Assembly: GCA_963789955.1 (NCBI GenBank) | Contig: CAWBMV010000001.1 | Location: 480,001 to 544,000 of the forward strand | Source of the DNA: an uncultured Candidatus Rokubacteria bacterium | GTDB taxonomy: Bacteria > Methylomirabilota > Methylomirabilia > Rokubacteriales > CSP1-6 | Direction: 5' to 3' | Length of the DNA: 64,000 nucleotides | Part shown: positions 1 through 9,904 of the stretch, piece by piece | Numbering within the stretch: position 1 is the first letter of the stretch | Layout: every line of letters begins with the position of its first letter | Notes under the pieces: generated by a model | Seen by the model: the letters and a program-made list of their open reading frames with translations, nothing else | Databases searched by the model: none | Told to the model about the DNA's origin: nothing | Translations under genes and position numbers: made by a program

Positions 1-418
1 CCGCGCGGCCGTCGAGGAAGGCATCGTGCCGGGCGGCGGCGTGGCGCTGCTGCGCGCGTCGAAGGCCATCGATCGCGTGAAGGCCGATGGTGACGAGAAG
101 GTGGGCGCCATGATCGTGAAGCGGGCGCTCGAGGAGCCGATCCGCCAGATCGTCGAGAACGCGGGCCTCGAGGGCAGCGTGATCGTCGAGAAGATCAAGA
201 GCGAGACCGTGCCGAACCGCGGCTACGACGCGGACAGCATGGAGTACGTGGACATGGTGCAGGCGGGGATCATCGACCCGACCAAGGTCGAGCGGGTGGC
301 GCTGCAGAATGCGGCGTCGATCGCGTCCCTGCTGCTGACGACCGAGGCGCTGATCACCGATATCCCGGAGGACAAGCCGGCGGCCGCTCCGGCCATGCCG
401 CACGGGGACATGTACTAA
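1..418 (+). CDS. groEL: Chaperonin GroEL, C-terminal part (runs off the window 5' end)
   Basis: Translation [18 protein letters not shown]...[28 protein letters not shown] is the GroEL C-terminus; stop TAA at 416-418. Confidence 0.97.
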   Translation, partial: RAAVEEGIVPGGGVALLRASKAIDRVKADGDEKVGAMIVKRALEEPIRQIVENAGLEGSVIVEKIKSETVPNRGYDADSMEYVDMVQAGIIDPTKVERVALQNAASIASLLLTTEALITDIPEDKPAAAPAMPHGDMY

Positions 419-505
419 GAGGCCACGCCTCAGCGCTCCCCCGGTGGTTGACCGCTTTGACCGCCGGGGGAGTCTGAGGGGGGTCGCCCCACTCAGGTTC
501 AATCG

Positions 506-536
506 ACGGCCCGGACCGAAGGAAGGTCCGGGCCGT
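506..536 (+). terminator. GC-rich hairpin after groEL, probable terminator
   Basis: ACGGCCCGGACC / GGTCCGGGCCGT 12-bp inverted repeat followed by ATCTGTTTGT. A second long hairpin lies at 428-479. Confidence 0.6.
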
Positions 537-557
537 ATCTGTTTGTCGGCGTTGACC

Positions 558-586
558 TTGCACGGTTTCCGGATGTTTGATACGTT
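558..586 (+). promoter_or_regulatory. Candidate sigma70 promoter of the rpsF operon
   Basis: TTGCAC-N17-TACGTT with a TGn extended -10. Confidence 0.45.
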
Positions 587-624
587 TAGGCGCTCAACTG
601 GAGTCAGCGGGAGGTGAGTGAGAA

Positions 625-963
625 CTGCGACCGTATGAAGTCCTCGTAATCGTTGATCCGCGCCCGACCGATGAAGAAGTGACTGCGTTGCTCGAGCAGC
701 TCGGCGAGCAGCTCAAGACACTCGGCGCCGAGGTCACTAAAGTCGACAACTGGGGAAAGCGCCGGCTCGCGTACGACATCCGGAAGCAACGCGAAGGCAC
801 GTACGCGGTGTTCGATGTTTCTGCCGAGCCCTCCATGGTGAAGGAATTCGAACGACAGGTGGGCCTCAACGAGAACGTGCTGCGTTACGTCAGCACGCGG
901 GTTCCGATCCGCAAGAAGGCTCGGCCGGCTAAAACTCAGGAGGTAGTCGAGGAGGTCAGCTGA
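625..963 (+). CDS. rpsF: 30S ribosomal protein S6 (apparent CTG start)
   Basis: (L/M)RPYEVLVIVDP...WGKRRLAYDIRK...NENVLRY is S6. GGAGGTG SD at 610-616, 8 nt before CTG 625; in-frame TGA at 619-621. Confidence 0.93.
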   Translation: MRPYEVLVIVDPRPTDEEVTALLEQLGEQLKTLGAEVTKVDNWGKRRLAYDIRKQREGTYAVFDVSAEPSMVKEFERQVGLNENVLRYVSTRVPIRKKARPAKTQEVVEEVS

Positions 964-1379
964 TGGCGAGCCTGAACAAAGTGTTCCTGATCGGTAACCT
1001 GACCAAGCCCCCGGAGCTGCGATACACGCCCAGCGGAACCGCCGTCGCCGACTTGCGGTTGGCCGTCAATCGCAACTACACGACGCAGGGCGGCGAGAAA
1101 CGCGAAGAGACCTGCTTCCTCACGATCGTCGTGTGGGGCAAGCAGGCCGAGAGTTGCGGTGAGTATCTCGACAAGGGCAGTCCGATCCTCGTCGAGGGAC
1201 GTTTGCAGACGCGAGAGTGGGAAGCCAAGGACGGCGGCAAGCGAACCGTCATCGAGGTCGTGGCCGAGCGCGTCCAGTTCATGGGACGCGGTCGCGCCGC
1301 CGCGCCGGCGACTGTCGCGGCGTCCGCGGAGCCGTTCGCCGAAGAAGCCGGCTCCAGCAACGACGACGTCCCGTTCTAG
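963..1379 (+). CDS. ssb: Single-stranded DNA-binding protein
   Basis: LNKVFLIGNLTKPPELRYTPSG N-terminus and acidic DDVPF C-terminal tail. Confidence 0.97.
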   Translation: MASLNKVFLIGNLTKPPELRYTPSGTAVADLRLAVNRNYTTQGGEKREETCFLTIVVWGKQAESCGEYLDKGSPILVEGRLQTREWEAKDGGKRTVIEVVAERVQFMGRGRAAAPATVAASAEPFAEEAGSSNDDVPF

Positions 1380-1400
1380 GGCCAAGAAAAGGAGCGAGCC

Positions 1401-1652
1401 ATTCCCCCGACATCCCAGAAGCCCGTCAAGCGCCGCCGGTTCGGCCGGCGGAAGATCTGTAAGTTCTGCGCGGACAAGGTCGACCTGGTCGACTACAAGG
1501 ATGTGCGCCGCCTCCGGAGCTTCGTGAGCGAGCGCGGCAAGATCATTCCCCGCCGCATCTCGGGCAGCTGCGCGCGTCACCAGCGGCAGCTGACGCACGC
1601 GATCAAGCGTGCGCGCACGGTGGCCCTGCTGCCGTACCTGGCGGCGGACTAG
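1401..1652 (+). CDS. rpsR: 30S ribosomal protein S18, Zn-binding type (apparent ATT start; absent from the ORF track)
   Basis: Manual translation gives [72 protein letters not shown] at 1389-1394; TAG at 1650-1652. Confidence 0.92.
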   Translation: MPPTSQKPVKRRRFGRRKICKFCADKVDLVDYKDVRRLRSFVSERGKIIPRRISGSCARHQRQLTHAIKRARTVALLPYLAAD

Positions 1653-1660
1653 GACAGGTC

Positions 1661-2104
1661 ATGAAAATCATTCTGCTGGACGACGTCACGAAGGTCGGAC
1701 GCCGGGGCGAGGTGCGCGACGTCTCCGACGGCTACGCGCGCAACTTCCTGATCCCCAAGAAGCTCGCGCTGTCGGCCACGGCTGGCAATCTGAAGAACCT
1801 CGAGCACATCAAGCGGCAGCAGGACGCGAAGGCCGATCGCGTCAAGGCCGACGCCGAGACGCTACGCGCGAAGATCGAGGCTCTGGTCTACGAGGAGCGG
1901 CGGCAGGCGTCCGAGGAAGGCAAGCTCTTCGGCTCGGTCACGTCGCAGGACGTCGCCGATTTCCTCGGCACGCGTGGCGTCCCGATGGACCGAAAGCGCA
2001 TCACGCTCGACGAGCCGATCAAGGCGCTCGGCGAGCATCTGGTCTCGATGCGACTGCACCAGGACGTCACGGCGCAGCTGCGCGTCAACGTCGTCCGCGA
2101 GTAG
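1661..2104 (+). CDS. rplI: 50S ribosomal protein L9
   Basis: MKIILLDDV..G.RGEV..VSDGYARNFLIPK and GKLFGSVT motifs. Confidence 0.97.
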   Translation: MKIILLDDVTKVGRRGEVRDVSDGYARNFLIPKKLALSATAGNLKNLEHIKRQQDAKADRVKADAETLRAKIEALVYEERRQASEEGKLFGSVTSQDVADFLGTRGVPMDRKRITLDEPIKALGEHLVSMRLHQDVTAQLRVNVVRE

Positions 2105-2115
2105 TCGTTCGGTCT

Positions 2116-2150
2116 GATCGGTCCCCGAGGATTTTTCTCGGGGACCGATC
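2116..2150 (+). terminator. 14-bp perfect hairpin after rplI
   Basis: GATCGGTCCCCGAG / CTCGGGGACCGATC with a 7-nt loop and no U-tract. Confidence 0.55.
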
Positions 2151-2300
2151 CGCTGTCCACATCTCCATCCACGAAATTTCGGGAGATATCCACTGGATGT
2201 CCCCCTGGCATTCACCAAACGCGCCGACGATCGGAATTTGTTTGACGCACGGGCCCCATGCGCTTGAGGATGCGCACGTGAGCTGTGGTGGCGTCCGCCC

Positions 2301-4709
2301 ATGAGCGTACCGATGCGGATCCCACCGCACAACCTGGACGCGGAGCGCGCGGTCCTGGGCGCGATCCTCCTCGAAGGTCGCGAGACCTTGCCGCGAGTGA
2401 TCGAGCTGCTCAAGCCCTCGGACTTCTACACCGAGGCGCATCGTCTGACCTATCAGGGCATGCTCACGTTGTTCAACCGCAGCGAGCCCGTCGACGTGCT
2501 GACCCTGACCGAGGAGCTTCGCCGCAGCGACCAGCTCGAGATCGCGGGCGGACCGGCCGCGCTGGCCCTGCTCGTCGAGCAGGGATCGATCTCCGCGTAC
2601 CTCAACTCGTACGCGTCGATCGTTCGCGACATGGCGGTGCTGCGCGAGCTGATCCAGACGTCGAGCCAGATCATCGCGCAGGCTTTCGAAGCCAAGGAAG
2701 ACGTCCAGACCCTGGTCGACGACGCCGAGCGGAAGATCTTCGGCCTCGCCGAGCGCCGTCTCGAAGGCAGCGCGCTGCCGATCGGCAAGATCCTCCGCAA
2801 CACCTTCGAGTACATCGAGCGCCTGTACGAGCGGAAGGAGCACGTCACCGGCGTCGCAACCGGCTTCGAGAAGCTCGATCTCGAGACCTCGGGCTTCCAG
2901 CCGTCGGACTTCATCATCATCGCCGGACGACCGAGTATGGGCAAAGCCCAGCCGCTCGACGCGAAGATCAAGACGACGATCGGCTGGAAGCTCATGGGCG
3001 AGCTGCGACTGGGCGACGAGCTGGCGTCCGTGGACGGACGGCGCTCGCTCGTGAGCGGGATCTTTCCTCAGGGCGTGAAGCCGGTGTTCCGCGTCACGTT
3101 CTCGGACGGGCGTTCGACCATCTGCACCGACGAGCATCTCTGGCGTGTCCACTATCGCGGCTGGCCCGACGCGCGAGTGCTCGAGACGTCACAAGTCGTC
3201 GCGCTGCTCCAGAAGAAGCGCTATCGGCATCGACTCTGGATCGATGCACCCTCCGGAAACTTCGGCCACTCGGAGGCATTGCCGGTCGATCCATATGTGC
3301 TGGGCGCATTGCTTGGTGACGGATCCCTCTTGGGCAGCAGTCTCAGATTCTCGACCGCCGAGAGCGAGATGCTCGATCGAATCCTCGAGCGTGCCACCCC
3401 TGCGTTCGCACTGCGAGCCGCGGGCGGCTACGACTGGCGCATCGTGCAGACGGCGGGTGCGCACCGCGCGGGCGTCGCCGGCGTGAACCCGAACGGGCTC
3501 ATGGACGCGCTGCGGGGCCTCGGACTCTGGGGGAAACGTGCCGAGTCGAAGTTCATCCCCGACGTCTATCTGGACGCGTCGCGCACCGACCGCGTCGAGC
3601 TGCTGCGCGGCCTCATGGATACCGACGGATGGGTCGAGCGTTGGGGCAGCATGCGCTTTTGCTCGACCAGCGAGCGACTGGCCCGCCAGGTAGCCGAACT
3701 CGTTCGCTCGCTCGGCGGCTGGTGCTCGATTCGAAGCCGACGCACGACCTACCGCGCCGGCGGGGTCAAGAAGGTCGGCCGCACGGCGTTCGTGTGCAAC
3801 GTTCACCATCCCGATCCGAAGGGCATGTTCCATCTGTCGGTGAAGAAGGATCGCGCGCAGGACGCGCCTCGCCGGCGGTGGCGACCGGTGTTTACCGCGA
3901 TCGAGCCGGCCGGTGTGGCCGAGACGCAATGTATTGCGGTCACGCACCCGTCGCGGCTGTACGTGACCGACGACTACGTGGTGACGCACAATACCGCGTT
4001 CGCGCTGAACATCGCGCAGCATGTCGGCATCGCGCTGCACGGGAAGGTGCTCGTGCTGAGCCTCGAGATGTCCTCGCAGCAGATCGTGCAGCGCATGCTC
4101 TGCTCCGAGGCGAAGGTGGATTCGCAGGCGGTGCGCACGGGCTACCTCACGTCGTCGGACTGGCACCGGCTGACGGCCGCGGCCGGGCGGCTCTCCGAAG
4201 CGTCGATCTTCATCGACGATAGCCCCGGACTGACGGTGCTCGAGGCGCGCGCCAAGGCGCGGCGCATGAAGGCCGAGCACGGGCTCGACCTGCTCGTCAT
4301 CGACTACCTGCAGCTCATGCGCGGCCGCGCCTCGATGGAGAGCCGCCAGCAGGAGATCTCGGAGATCTCGCGCTCACTCAAGGCGCTCGCGAAGGAGCTG
4401 AACATCCCGGTCGTCGCGCTCTCGCAGCTCTCACGTGCGGTCGAAGCGCGTCAGGCGCGCGACTTCAAGCCGCAGCTCTCGGATCTTCGCGAAAGTGGAG
4501 CGCTCGAGCAAGATGCCGACGTCATTCTGTTCCTGTATCGCTCGTCGCAATACAAGGAAGATCTGCCGCCGGACGAGAAGAACATCGCCGAGGTCATCAT
4601 CGGCAAGCAACGCAACGGTCCGGTCGGCACCGTGAAGGTGGTCTTCCTGCCGCAGTACGCGCGGTTCGAGAACGTCGCGGACCAGCACCGGCAGCCGCAG
4701 CCCTTTTAG
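2301..4709 (+). CDS. dnaB: Replicative DNA helicase DnaB, intein-containing
   Basis: PPHNLDAERAVLG N-terminus, Walker A GRPSMGK/T split by the intein, IDYLQL, LSQLSR, LSDLRESGALEQDAD, KQRNGP. Confidence 0.97.
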   Translation: MSVPMRIPPHNLDAERAVLGAILLEGRETLPRVIELLKPSDFYTEAHRLTYQGMLTLFNRSEPVDVLTLTEELRRSDQLEIAGGPAALALLVEQGSISAYLNSYASIVRDMAVLRELIQTSSQIIAQAFEAKEDVQTLVDDAERKIFGLAERRLEGSALPIGKILRNTFEYIERLYERKEHVTGVATGFEKLDLETSGFQPSDFIIIAGRPSMGKAQPLDAKIKTTIGWKLMGELRLGDELASVDGRRSLVSGIFPQGVKPVFRVTFSDGRSTICTDEHLWRVHYRGWPDARVLETSQVVALLQKKRYRHRLWIDAPSGNFGHSEALPVDPYVLGALLGDGSLLGSSLRFSTAESEMLDRILERATPAFALRAAGGYDWRIVQTAGAHRAGVAGVNPNGLMDALRGLGLWGKRAESKFIPDVYLDASRTDRVELLRGLMDTDGWVERWGSMRFCSTSERLARQVAELVRSLGGWCSIRSRRTTYRAGGVKKVGRTAFVCNVHHPDPKGMFHLSVKKDRAQDAPRRRWRPVFTAIEPAGVAETQCIAVTHPSRLYVTDDYVVTHNTAFALNIAQHVGIALHGKVLVLSLEMSSQQIVQRMLCSEAKVDSQAVRTGYLTSSDWHRLTAAAGRLSEASIFIDDSPGLTVLEARAKARRMKAEHGLDLLVIDYLQLMRGRASMESRQQEISEISRSLKALAKELNIPVVALSQLSRAVEARQARDFKPQLSDLRESGALEQDADVILFLYRSSQYKEDLPPDEKNIAEVIIGKQRNGPVGTVKVVFLPQYARFENVADQHRQPQPF
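2946..3992 (+). mobile_element. 349-aa class-3 intein with LAGLIDADG homing endonuclease, inserted in the DnaB P-loop
   Basis: Starts with Ala (AQPLDAKIKT) after GRPSMGK and ends VVTHN/T. Block B TDEHLW, block F TQCIAV; LAGLIDADG motifs LGALLGDGS and LLRGLMDTDG. Confidence 0.93.
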
Positions 4710-4730
4710 ACCTTCCACGCGGCTCGTCGT

Positions 4731-6563
4731 ATGATGAGCCCCGTGCGCCTGAGCCGGCTGAAGCGTGCGTTTCTCGGGAGCCCGCTCCCGACGGCGCAGT
4801 CCCGCCACGAACGACTCGCGAAGTCGACGGCGCTCGCGGTCTTCGCCTCGGATGCGCTCTCCTCGGTCGCGTACGCGACCGAAGAAATCCTGCTGGTGCT
4901 GGTCCTGGCCGGTACCGTCGCGCTGAGCTACTCGCTCCCGATCAGCATCGCGATCGCGATCCTGATCGCGATCGTCGTCTCGTCGTACCGCCAGACGATC
5001 CGCGCCTACCCGCAGGGCGGCGGCGCCTACATCGTGAGCAAGGACAACCTGGGCGTGCCGGCCGGTCTGGTGGCCGGGGCCGCGCTCCTGATCGACTACG
5101 TGCTCACGGTGGCGGTGAGCGTCGCCGCCGGGATCGCCGCGCTGACGTCGGCCGTCCCGGGGCTGTTTCCGTACCGGCCGTGGCTCTGCGTCGTCGCGGT
5201 GGTGGGTATCGCGGTCGCGAACCTCCGCGGCATCCGCGAATCGGGCAAGATCTTCGCGGCGCCGACCTATCTCTTCATCGGCAGTCTCGGCGCCCTGATC
5301 ATCTACGGCGGGTTGGGCGCGGTCTTCGATTTTCTCCCGGAGGCGCCGTACCAGCGGCATCCGCCCGGGCTGGAGGGCGTCGGACTGTTTCTGTTCCTGC
5401 GCGCCTTCGCGTCGGGCTGCACCGCGCTCACCGGGGTCGAGGCCGTCTCCGACGGGGTGCCGGCGTTCAAGCCGCCGGAGGCGCACAACGCGCGGATCGT
5501 GCTGACGGTGCTCGGCGTGATCCTGATCGTGCTCTTCCTCGGCATCACCTTCCTGGCCTACGACTTCGGCATCGCGCCGCGGCACGAGGAGACGGTGATC
5601 TCGCAGCTCGCGCGCCACGTCTTCGGCGGCGGCGCGATCTACTACGAGATCCAGGCCGTCACGATGATGATCCTGCTGCTCGCCGCCAACACGTCCTTCG
5701 CCGATTTCCCGCGGCTGTCCTTCTTCCTCGCCCGCGACCGTTTCATCCCGCGCCAGTTCGCGACGCAAGGCGACCGCCTCGTGTTCTCGAACGGCATCTT
5801 GATCCTGAGCGGGCTCGCCGCGCTCTTGCTGGTGATCTTCCGCGGCGACACCCACGCGCTGATCCCGCTCTACGCGGTCGGCGTCTTCCTGTCGTTCACG
5901 CTCTCGCAGGCGAGCATGGTCCGGCGCTGGCTCCGACTGAAAGAAGAAGGCTGGTGGTGGCGCTGGTGGCTCAACGCGATCGGCGCGGTCGTGACGGGTC
6001 TGGTGATGGTCACGATCGCCGCGACCAAGTTCACGCATGGCGCCTGGATCGTGGTCTTGTTGATTCCGGCGCTCGTGACGGTGTTCGTGATGGTGCACCG
6101 CCACTACGAGGAAGTCGCGGTGCAGCTGTCGCTCGATGCCTTCTCACCGCCGCCGCCGATGACCAACACCGTCCTGGTGCTGGTCGGCGACATCCATCGC
6201 GGCGTCATCAAGGCGATCCAGTACGCCCAGACGCTTTCGCCCAATGCGAAGGCGGTGTTCGTGGAGACCGATCCCGAGCGGACCCGCCGGCTGGAGGAGA
6301 AGTGGGGCCGCTACGGGATAGGCATGCCGCTCATCGTGCTGACCTCGCCGTACCGGTCGCTGCTCGGGCCGCTGACGAAGTACGTCGACCACCTGCAGAA
6401 CCAGGGCGACAATCACGTCGTCACGATCGTCCTGCCCGAATTCATTCCGGCCCGCTGGTGGCAGCTGGGCCTGCACAATCAGACGGCGTTCCTGATCAAG
6501 GGCGCGATGCTGTTTCGCAAGAACGTCATCGTGACCGACGTGCCCTACCACCTGCGCCACTGA
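4731..6563 (+). CDS. APC-superfamily permease, KimA/YdaO-like K+ transporter
   Basis: ALAVFASDALSSVAYATEE, AYPQGGGAY, GCTALTGVEAVSDGVPAFK, and a cytoplasmic C-domain with LHNQTA. Confidence 0.85.
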   Translation: MMSPVRLSRLKRAFLGSPLPTAQSRHERLAKSTALAVFASDALSSVAYATEEILLVLVLAGTVALSYSLPISIAIAILIAIVVSSYRQTIRAYPQGGGAYIVSKDNLGVPAGLVAGAALLIDYVLTVAVSVAAGIAALTSAVPGLFPYRPWLCVVAVVGIAVANLRGIRESGKIFAAPTYLFIGSLGALIIYGGLGAVFDFLPEAPYQRHPPGLEGVGLFLFLRAFASGCTALTGVEAVSDGVPAFKPPEAHNARIVLTVLGVILIVLFLGITFLAYDFGIAPRHEETVISQLARHVFGGGAIYYEIQAVTMMILLLAANTSFADFPRLSFFLARDRFIPRQFATQGDRLVFSNGILILSGLAALLLVIFRGDTHALIPLYAVGVFLSFTLSQASMVRRWLRLKEEGWWWRWWLNAIGAVVTGLVMVTIAATKFTHGAWIVVLLIPALVTVFVMVHRHYEEVAVQLSLDAFSPPPPMTNTVLVLVGDIHRGVIKAIQYAQTLSPNAKAVFVETDPERTRRLEEKWGRYGIGMPLIVLTSPYRSLLGPLTKYVDHLQNQGDNHVVTIVLPEFIPARWWQLGLHNQTAFLIKGAMLFRKNVIVTDVPYHLRH

Positions 6564-6682
6564 GCAGGCGATCGTCGTCGCGCCGGTGGCTCAGCGCGCG
6601 AGGCGATCGTCTGAACCGCGGCTCGTCGACCTGCGAGGGGCGAGCCACTCTCTGGTACACTCGAAAGCCGCGTGATTACTCG

Positions 6683-7606
6683 ATGAACATCGTTCTCACC
6701 CCCGACGGCCCCCTCGATGCCCGCGGGACGCTCGCACGCTACCACCTCTGGGGAGAGGATCCGACGAACCGGATCGCCAGCGACGGCGACGTCTTCCGTC
6801 GCGTGCTCCGGCACGGCGGGCGCCTCGTCCCCTACGAGGTGCGGTGGAGCGGCCCCGTGGACGATGTCCGCATCACGATCCGGGCCCAGGGGAGCGATGC
6901 CGACGTCGAGGCCGGCATCGTCGCCGAAGTTCGCCGGCTCCTCGGCCTCGACCTCGATCTCGACGGCTTCTATCGGATGGCCAAGGCCGACCCGGCGCTG
7001 GCCACGTTGATCGAGCCGCTCTATGGGTTACGTCCGACGCTCGCGCCGACGCCGTTCGAGATGCTCGTCGGATCGATCACGGCCCAGCAGGTCAACCTCT
7101 CGTTCGCGTTCGCGTGCCGCGCGAGGCTCGTCCGCCGGTTCGGATCGCCCGTGAAGGTGGGACGAGAGACGGTGTGGGCGTTTCCCGAAGCCGCGCGGCT
7201 CGCGCAAGCCCGTGTGCGGGAGCTGCGCGCGCTCAAGTACTCCACGCGCAAGGCGGAGTACATCCGCGATCTCGCGCGCGCTGTGGTCGCCGGCACGCTC
7301 GATCTCGAGGCCGTGTCCGCGGCCGAGTCGGCGATCGTGATCGCAGAGCTCACGGCGCTCCGCGGCCTCGGCCGCTGGACGGCCGACTGGTTTCTGGCCC
7401 GCTGCCTGGGCCGAGGCGACGTCTGCCCGGCCGGCGACCTCGCGGTGCGCAAGGCGTTCGTCCACTACTACGGGCGCGGGCGGTCGCTGAAAGAGGAGAC
7501 GATTCGCCGCCGCGCGCGCGCGTGGGGCGAGCACCAGAATCTCGCCGTGCACTACCTCCTGGCCGGTATGCGTCTGCAGCGTCCGGCGGTCGGCGGCGGC
7601 GCGTGA
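6683..7606 (+). CDS. alkA: DNA-3-methyladenine glycosylase II (AlkA family)
   Basis: FEMLVGSITAQQVNL, HhH motif LRGLGRWTA, PAGDLAVRKA. Confidence 0.85.
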   Translation: MNIVLTPDGPLDARGTLARYHLWGEDPTNRIASDGDVFRRVLRHGGRLVPYEVRWSGPVDDVRITIRAQGSDADVEAGIVAEVRRLLGLDLDLDGFYRMAKADPALATLIEPLYGLRPTLAPTPFEMLVGSITAQQVNLSFAFACRARLVRRFGSPVKVGRETVWAFPEAARLAQARVRELRALKYSTRKAEYIRDLARAVVAGTLDLEAVSAAESAIVIAELTALRGLGRWTADWFLARCLGRGDVCPAGDLAVRKAFVHYYGRGRSLKEETIRRRARAWGEHQNLAVHYLLAGMRLQRPAVGGGA

Positions 7607-7933
7607 AGAAGACCGTCGGCCTCAAGATCTTCGGTCAGCCCGATCCGGGCGTCCCCAAGGACGTCCACCTCGTCGGACGATACGCGCTCGGCGTCGATTG
7701 GGCCGACGGCCATGGATCCATCTATCCATTCGAGCGTCTCCGGCTCGATTGCGCCTGCGGTCAGTGCGCCGCGCTCGAAGAGCGGCTGACCTCGGAGATG
7801 ACGTGGCCGGCCGAGATCAAGCGAACCGACCGAGGGATTGCGCGTGACGTGGGTCGACCAGCACGCGAGCCTGTACCCCTATCTCGAGCTGCGGGGGCTG
7901 TGTCGCTGCGCCGGCTGCACGGGCGGCCACTGA
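7603..7933 (+). CDS. Small protein with two DUF971/GBBH-N-like repeats (frameshift near 7835)
   Basis: VGRYALGVDWADGHGSIYPFERLRLDCACGQC, then in a shifted frame LRVTWVDQHASLYPYLELRGLCRCAGCTGGH*. Confidence 0.65.
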
Positions 7934-9349
7934 TGACCGACGAAGCGCGCAAGCGCTGGGTCTTCCTCGGCATCATGCTGTCGATCTTCCTGGCGGCGAT
8001 CGAGTCGACCGTGGTCGCGACCGCGATGCCGACGGTGGTGGCGAGCCTCGGCGGCATCCGCATCTACTCCTGGGTCTTCTCGGGGTTTTTGCTCACTCAG
8101 ACCGTGACGATGCCGCTCTGGGGACGCTTCTCCGATCTCTACGGCCGACGACCGGTCTACCTGGCCGGCCTCGCGACCTTCCTCGTCGGCTCGGCGCTGT
8201 CGGGCGCGTCCCAGAACATGGTGCAGCTGATCCTGTTCCGGATGGTGCAGGGGCTCGGCGCCGGCGCACTGATGACCCTCGGCTACACGATCATCGGCGA
8301 GCTGTTCGGGCTCGAGCGCCGGGCGCGCATGCAGGGCTATATCTCGAGCGTGTGGGGCCTGGCCTCGCTCATGGGGCCGTGGGCGGGCGGAGTGCTCACC
8401 GACCACGTGTCCTGGCGCTGGGTCTTCTATATCAACCTACCGTTCGGCGCGGTGGCGATGGCGTTGATCGGCTTTGCGTTGACCGGGGTGCCGCGCTCGG
8501 CGCGCCGGCCGGTCGTGGACTGGGCCGGCGTGGCGCTCTTCGCCGCGGGCGTGTCCGCGCTCCTGCTCGGGATCGTCGAGGCCGGACGCGTCGGATCGCT
8601 GGTCGCAGATCGAGGTCGTCACCTTGCTCGTCCTCGGCGTCGTCGTGCTCGGCGCGTTCGTCGCGGTGGAGCAGCGCGCCGCCGAGCCGATCGTGCCGCT
8701 GCGCCTGTTCAAGAACCGGATGATCCTGGCCGCCGTCGTCACCCGGTTCCTGGCCGGCATGGCGATGTTCGGCGCGCTCTCGTTCGTGCCGCTGTTTCTG
8801 CAGTCGGTCACCGGCGCGTCGGCCACGCGGGCGGGTCTCGTCCTCACGCCGTTCGTGCTGGGCTGGGTCGTGATGTCGGTGGTGAGCGCGCGCCTGGTGC
8901 TGCGGGTCGGCTACCGAAGCGTCGTGCTGACCGGGATGGCCAGCCTCACCGTCGCGTTCCTGCTGTTCCGGACCTGGTCGGTCACGCTCTCGTCGGGGGG
9001 CGCGATGATCGACGTGCTGCTGGCCGGTATCGGCATGGGGATGGTCGTCGTGCCGATGCTGATCGCCGTCCAGAGCGTGGTCGCGCGAAGCGATCTCGGC
9101 ACCGCGACGTCGCTGACACAGTTCTTCATGTCGATCGGCGGCGCCCTCGGACTCTCGCTCATGGGTGCCGTGATGTCGCAGCGGCTCCACGCCGGCCTGC
9201 CGATGGTCGACGCGCTGCACGGCGTCTTCGTGGTGGGCTCCGCGGTCTGCGTCGCCGCGCTGGCGTCCGCGTTCATGGTGCCGGCCGGTCGCGCCCAGGA
9301 CCTGGCCCGGAGCGAAATGCGCGGCGAGCCGACGCGTGTGGGAGGATGA
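7933..9349 (+). CDS. MFS drug:H+ antiporter (DHA2/EmrB-like), frameshift near 8600
   Basis: WGRFSDLYGRRP, FRMVQGLGAG, SWRWVFYINLPFG, EPIVPLRLF; the C-half is in ORF 8624..9349. Confidence 0.85.
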
Positions 9350-9352
9350 ACC

Positions 9353-9861
9353 ATGGCCGGTGACGCGCCGCTGCTCGAGCGTTTGGCGAAGCTGCCGGCG
9401 GTGCCGGCGGCGGAGGCCCTGAGCTTCCTGGAGCGGCTGGCGAAGCCACAGACCGATCCCGTGATCGGGCCCGCTGTTCGGCGTCGACGAGGAAGGCGAT
9501 GTCGGCGTGAATCCGCTCGTGCCGGCGGTTCTCAAGCAGCTCGCCGACAAGCAGGACCTGACGTGCTATGCCGCGCTCATCGAGGGGCTGACCGGCATCT
9601 GGAACGCCGCGGTCCGCGCGGCCGTCGTGGCGCGCCTGCGCGCATCGGGTCTCGCCGGCGGACGACCTGTTGCTGAAGCTCGGAGCGCTCTCGCCGACCC
9701 TGGGCTTCGCCGCCGAGAAGCCCGAGTGGGCGCGCGAGTGGCTCGCCGACCCGTTCACCCAGGACGCGCTGCTGGTGCAGCAGTGCGTGGTCCGGATGCT
9801 GCTGGCGCTGCGGACGATGGCCGACGCCCGCGCCGCCGAGCTGACGACGACGATCGGCTGA
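9353..9861 (+). CDS. Hypothetical protein (two apparent frameshifts)
   Basis: Three overlapping ORF pieces (9353, 9507, 9670) with host-like codon use join into one helical protein. Confidence 0.5.
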
Positions 9862-9904
9862 CCGGGAGGATTCTCGACCAGGTCGAGAGCAAGGAGAGAC
9901 GACG

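Noticed and set aside
4710..4730. c-di-AMP (ydaO) riboswitch ahead of the KimA-like gene
   Set aside because: Only about 20 bp separate dnaB from this gene, leaving no room for an aptamer.
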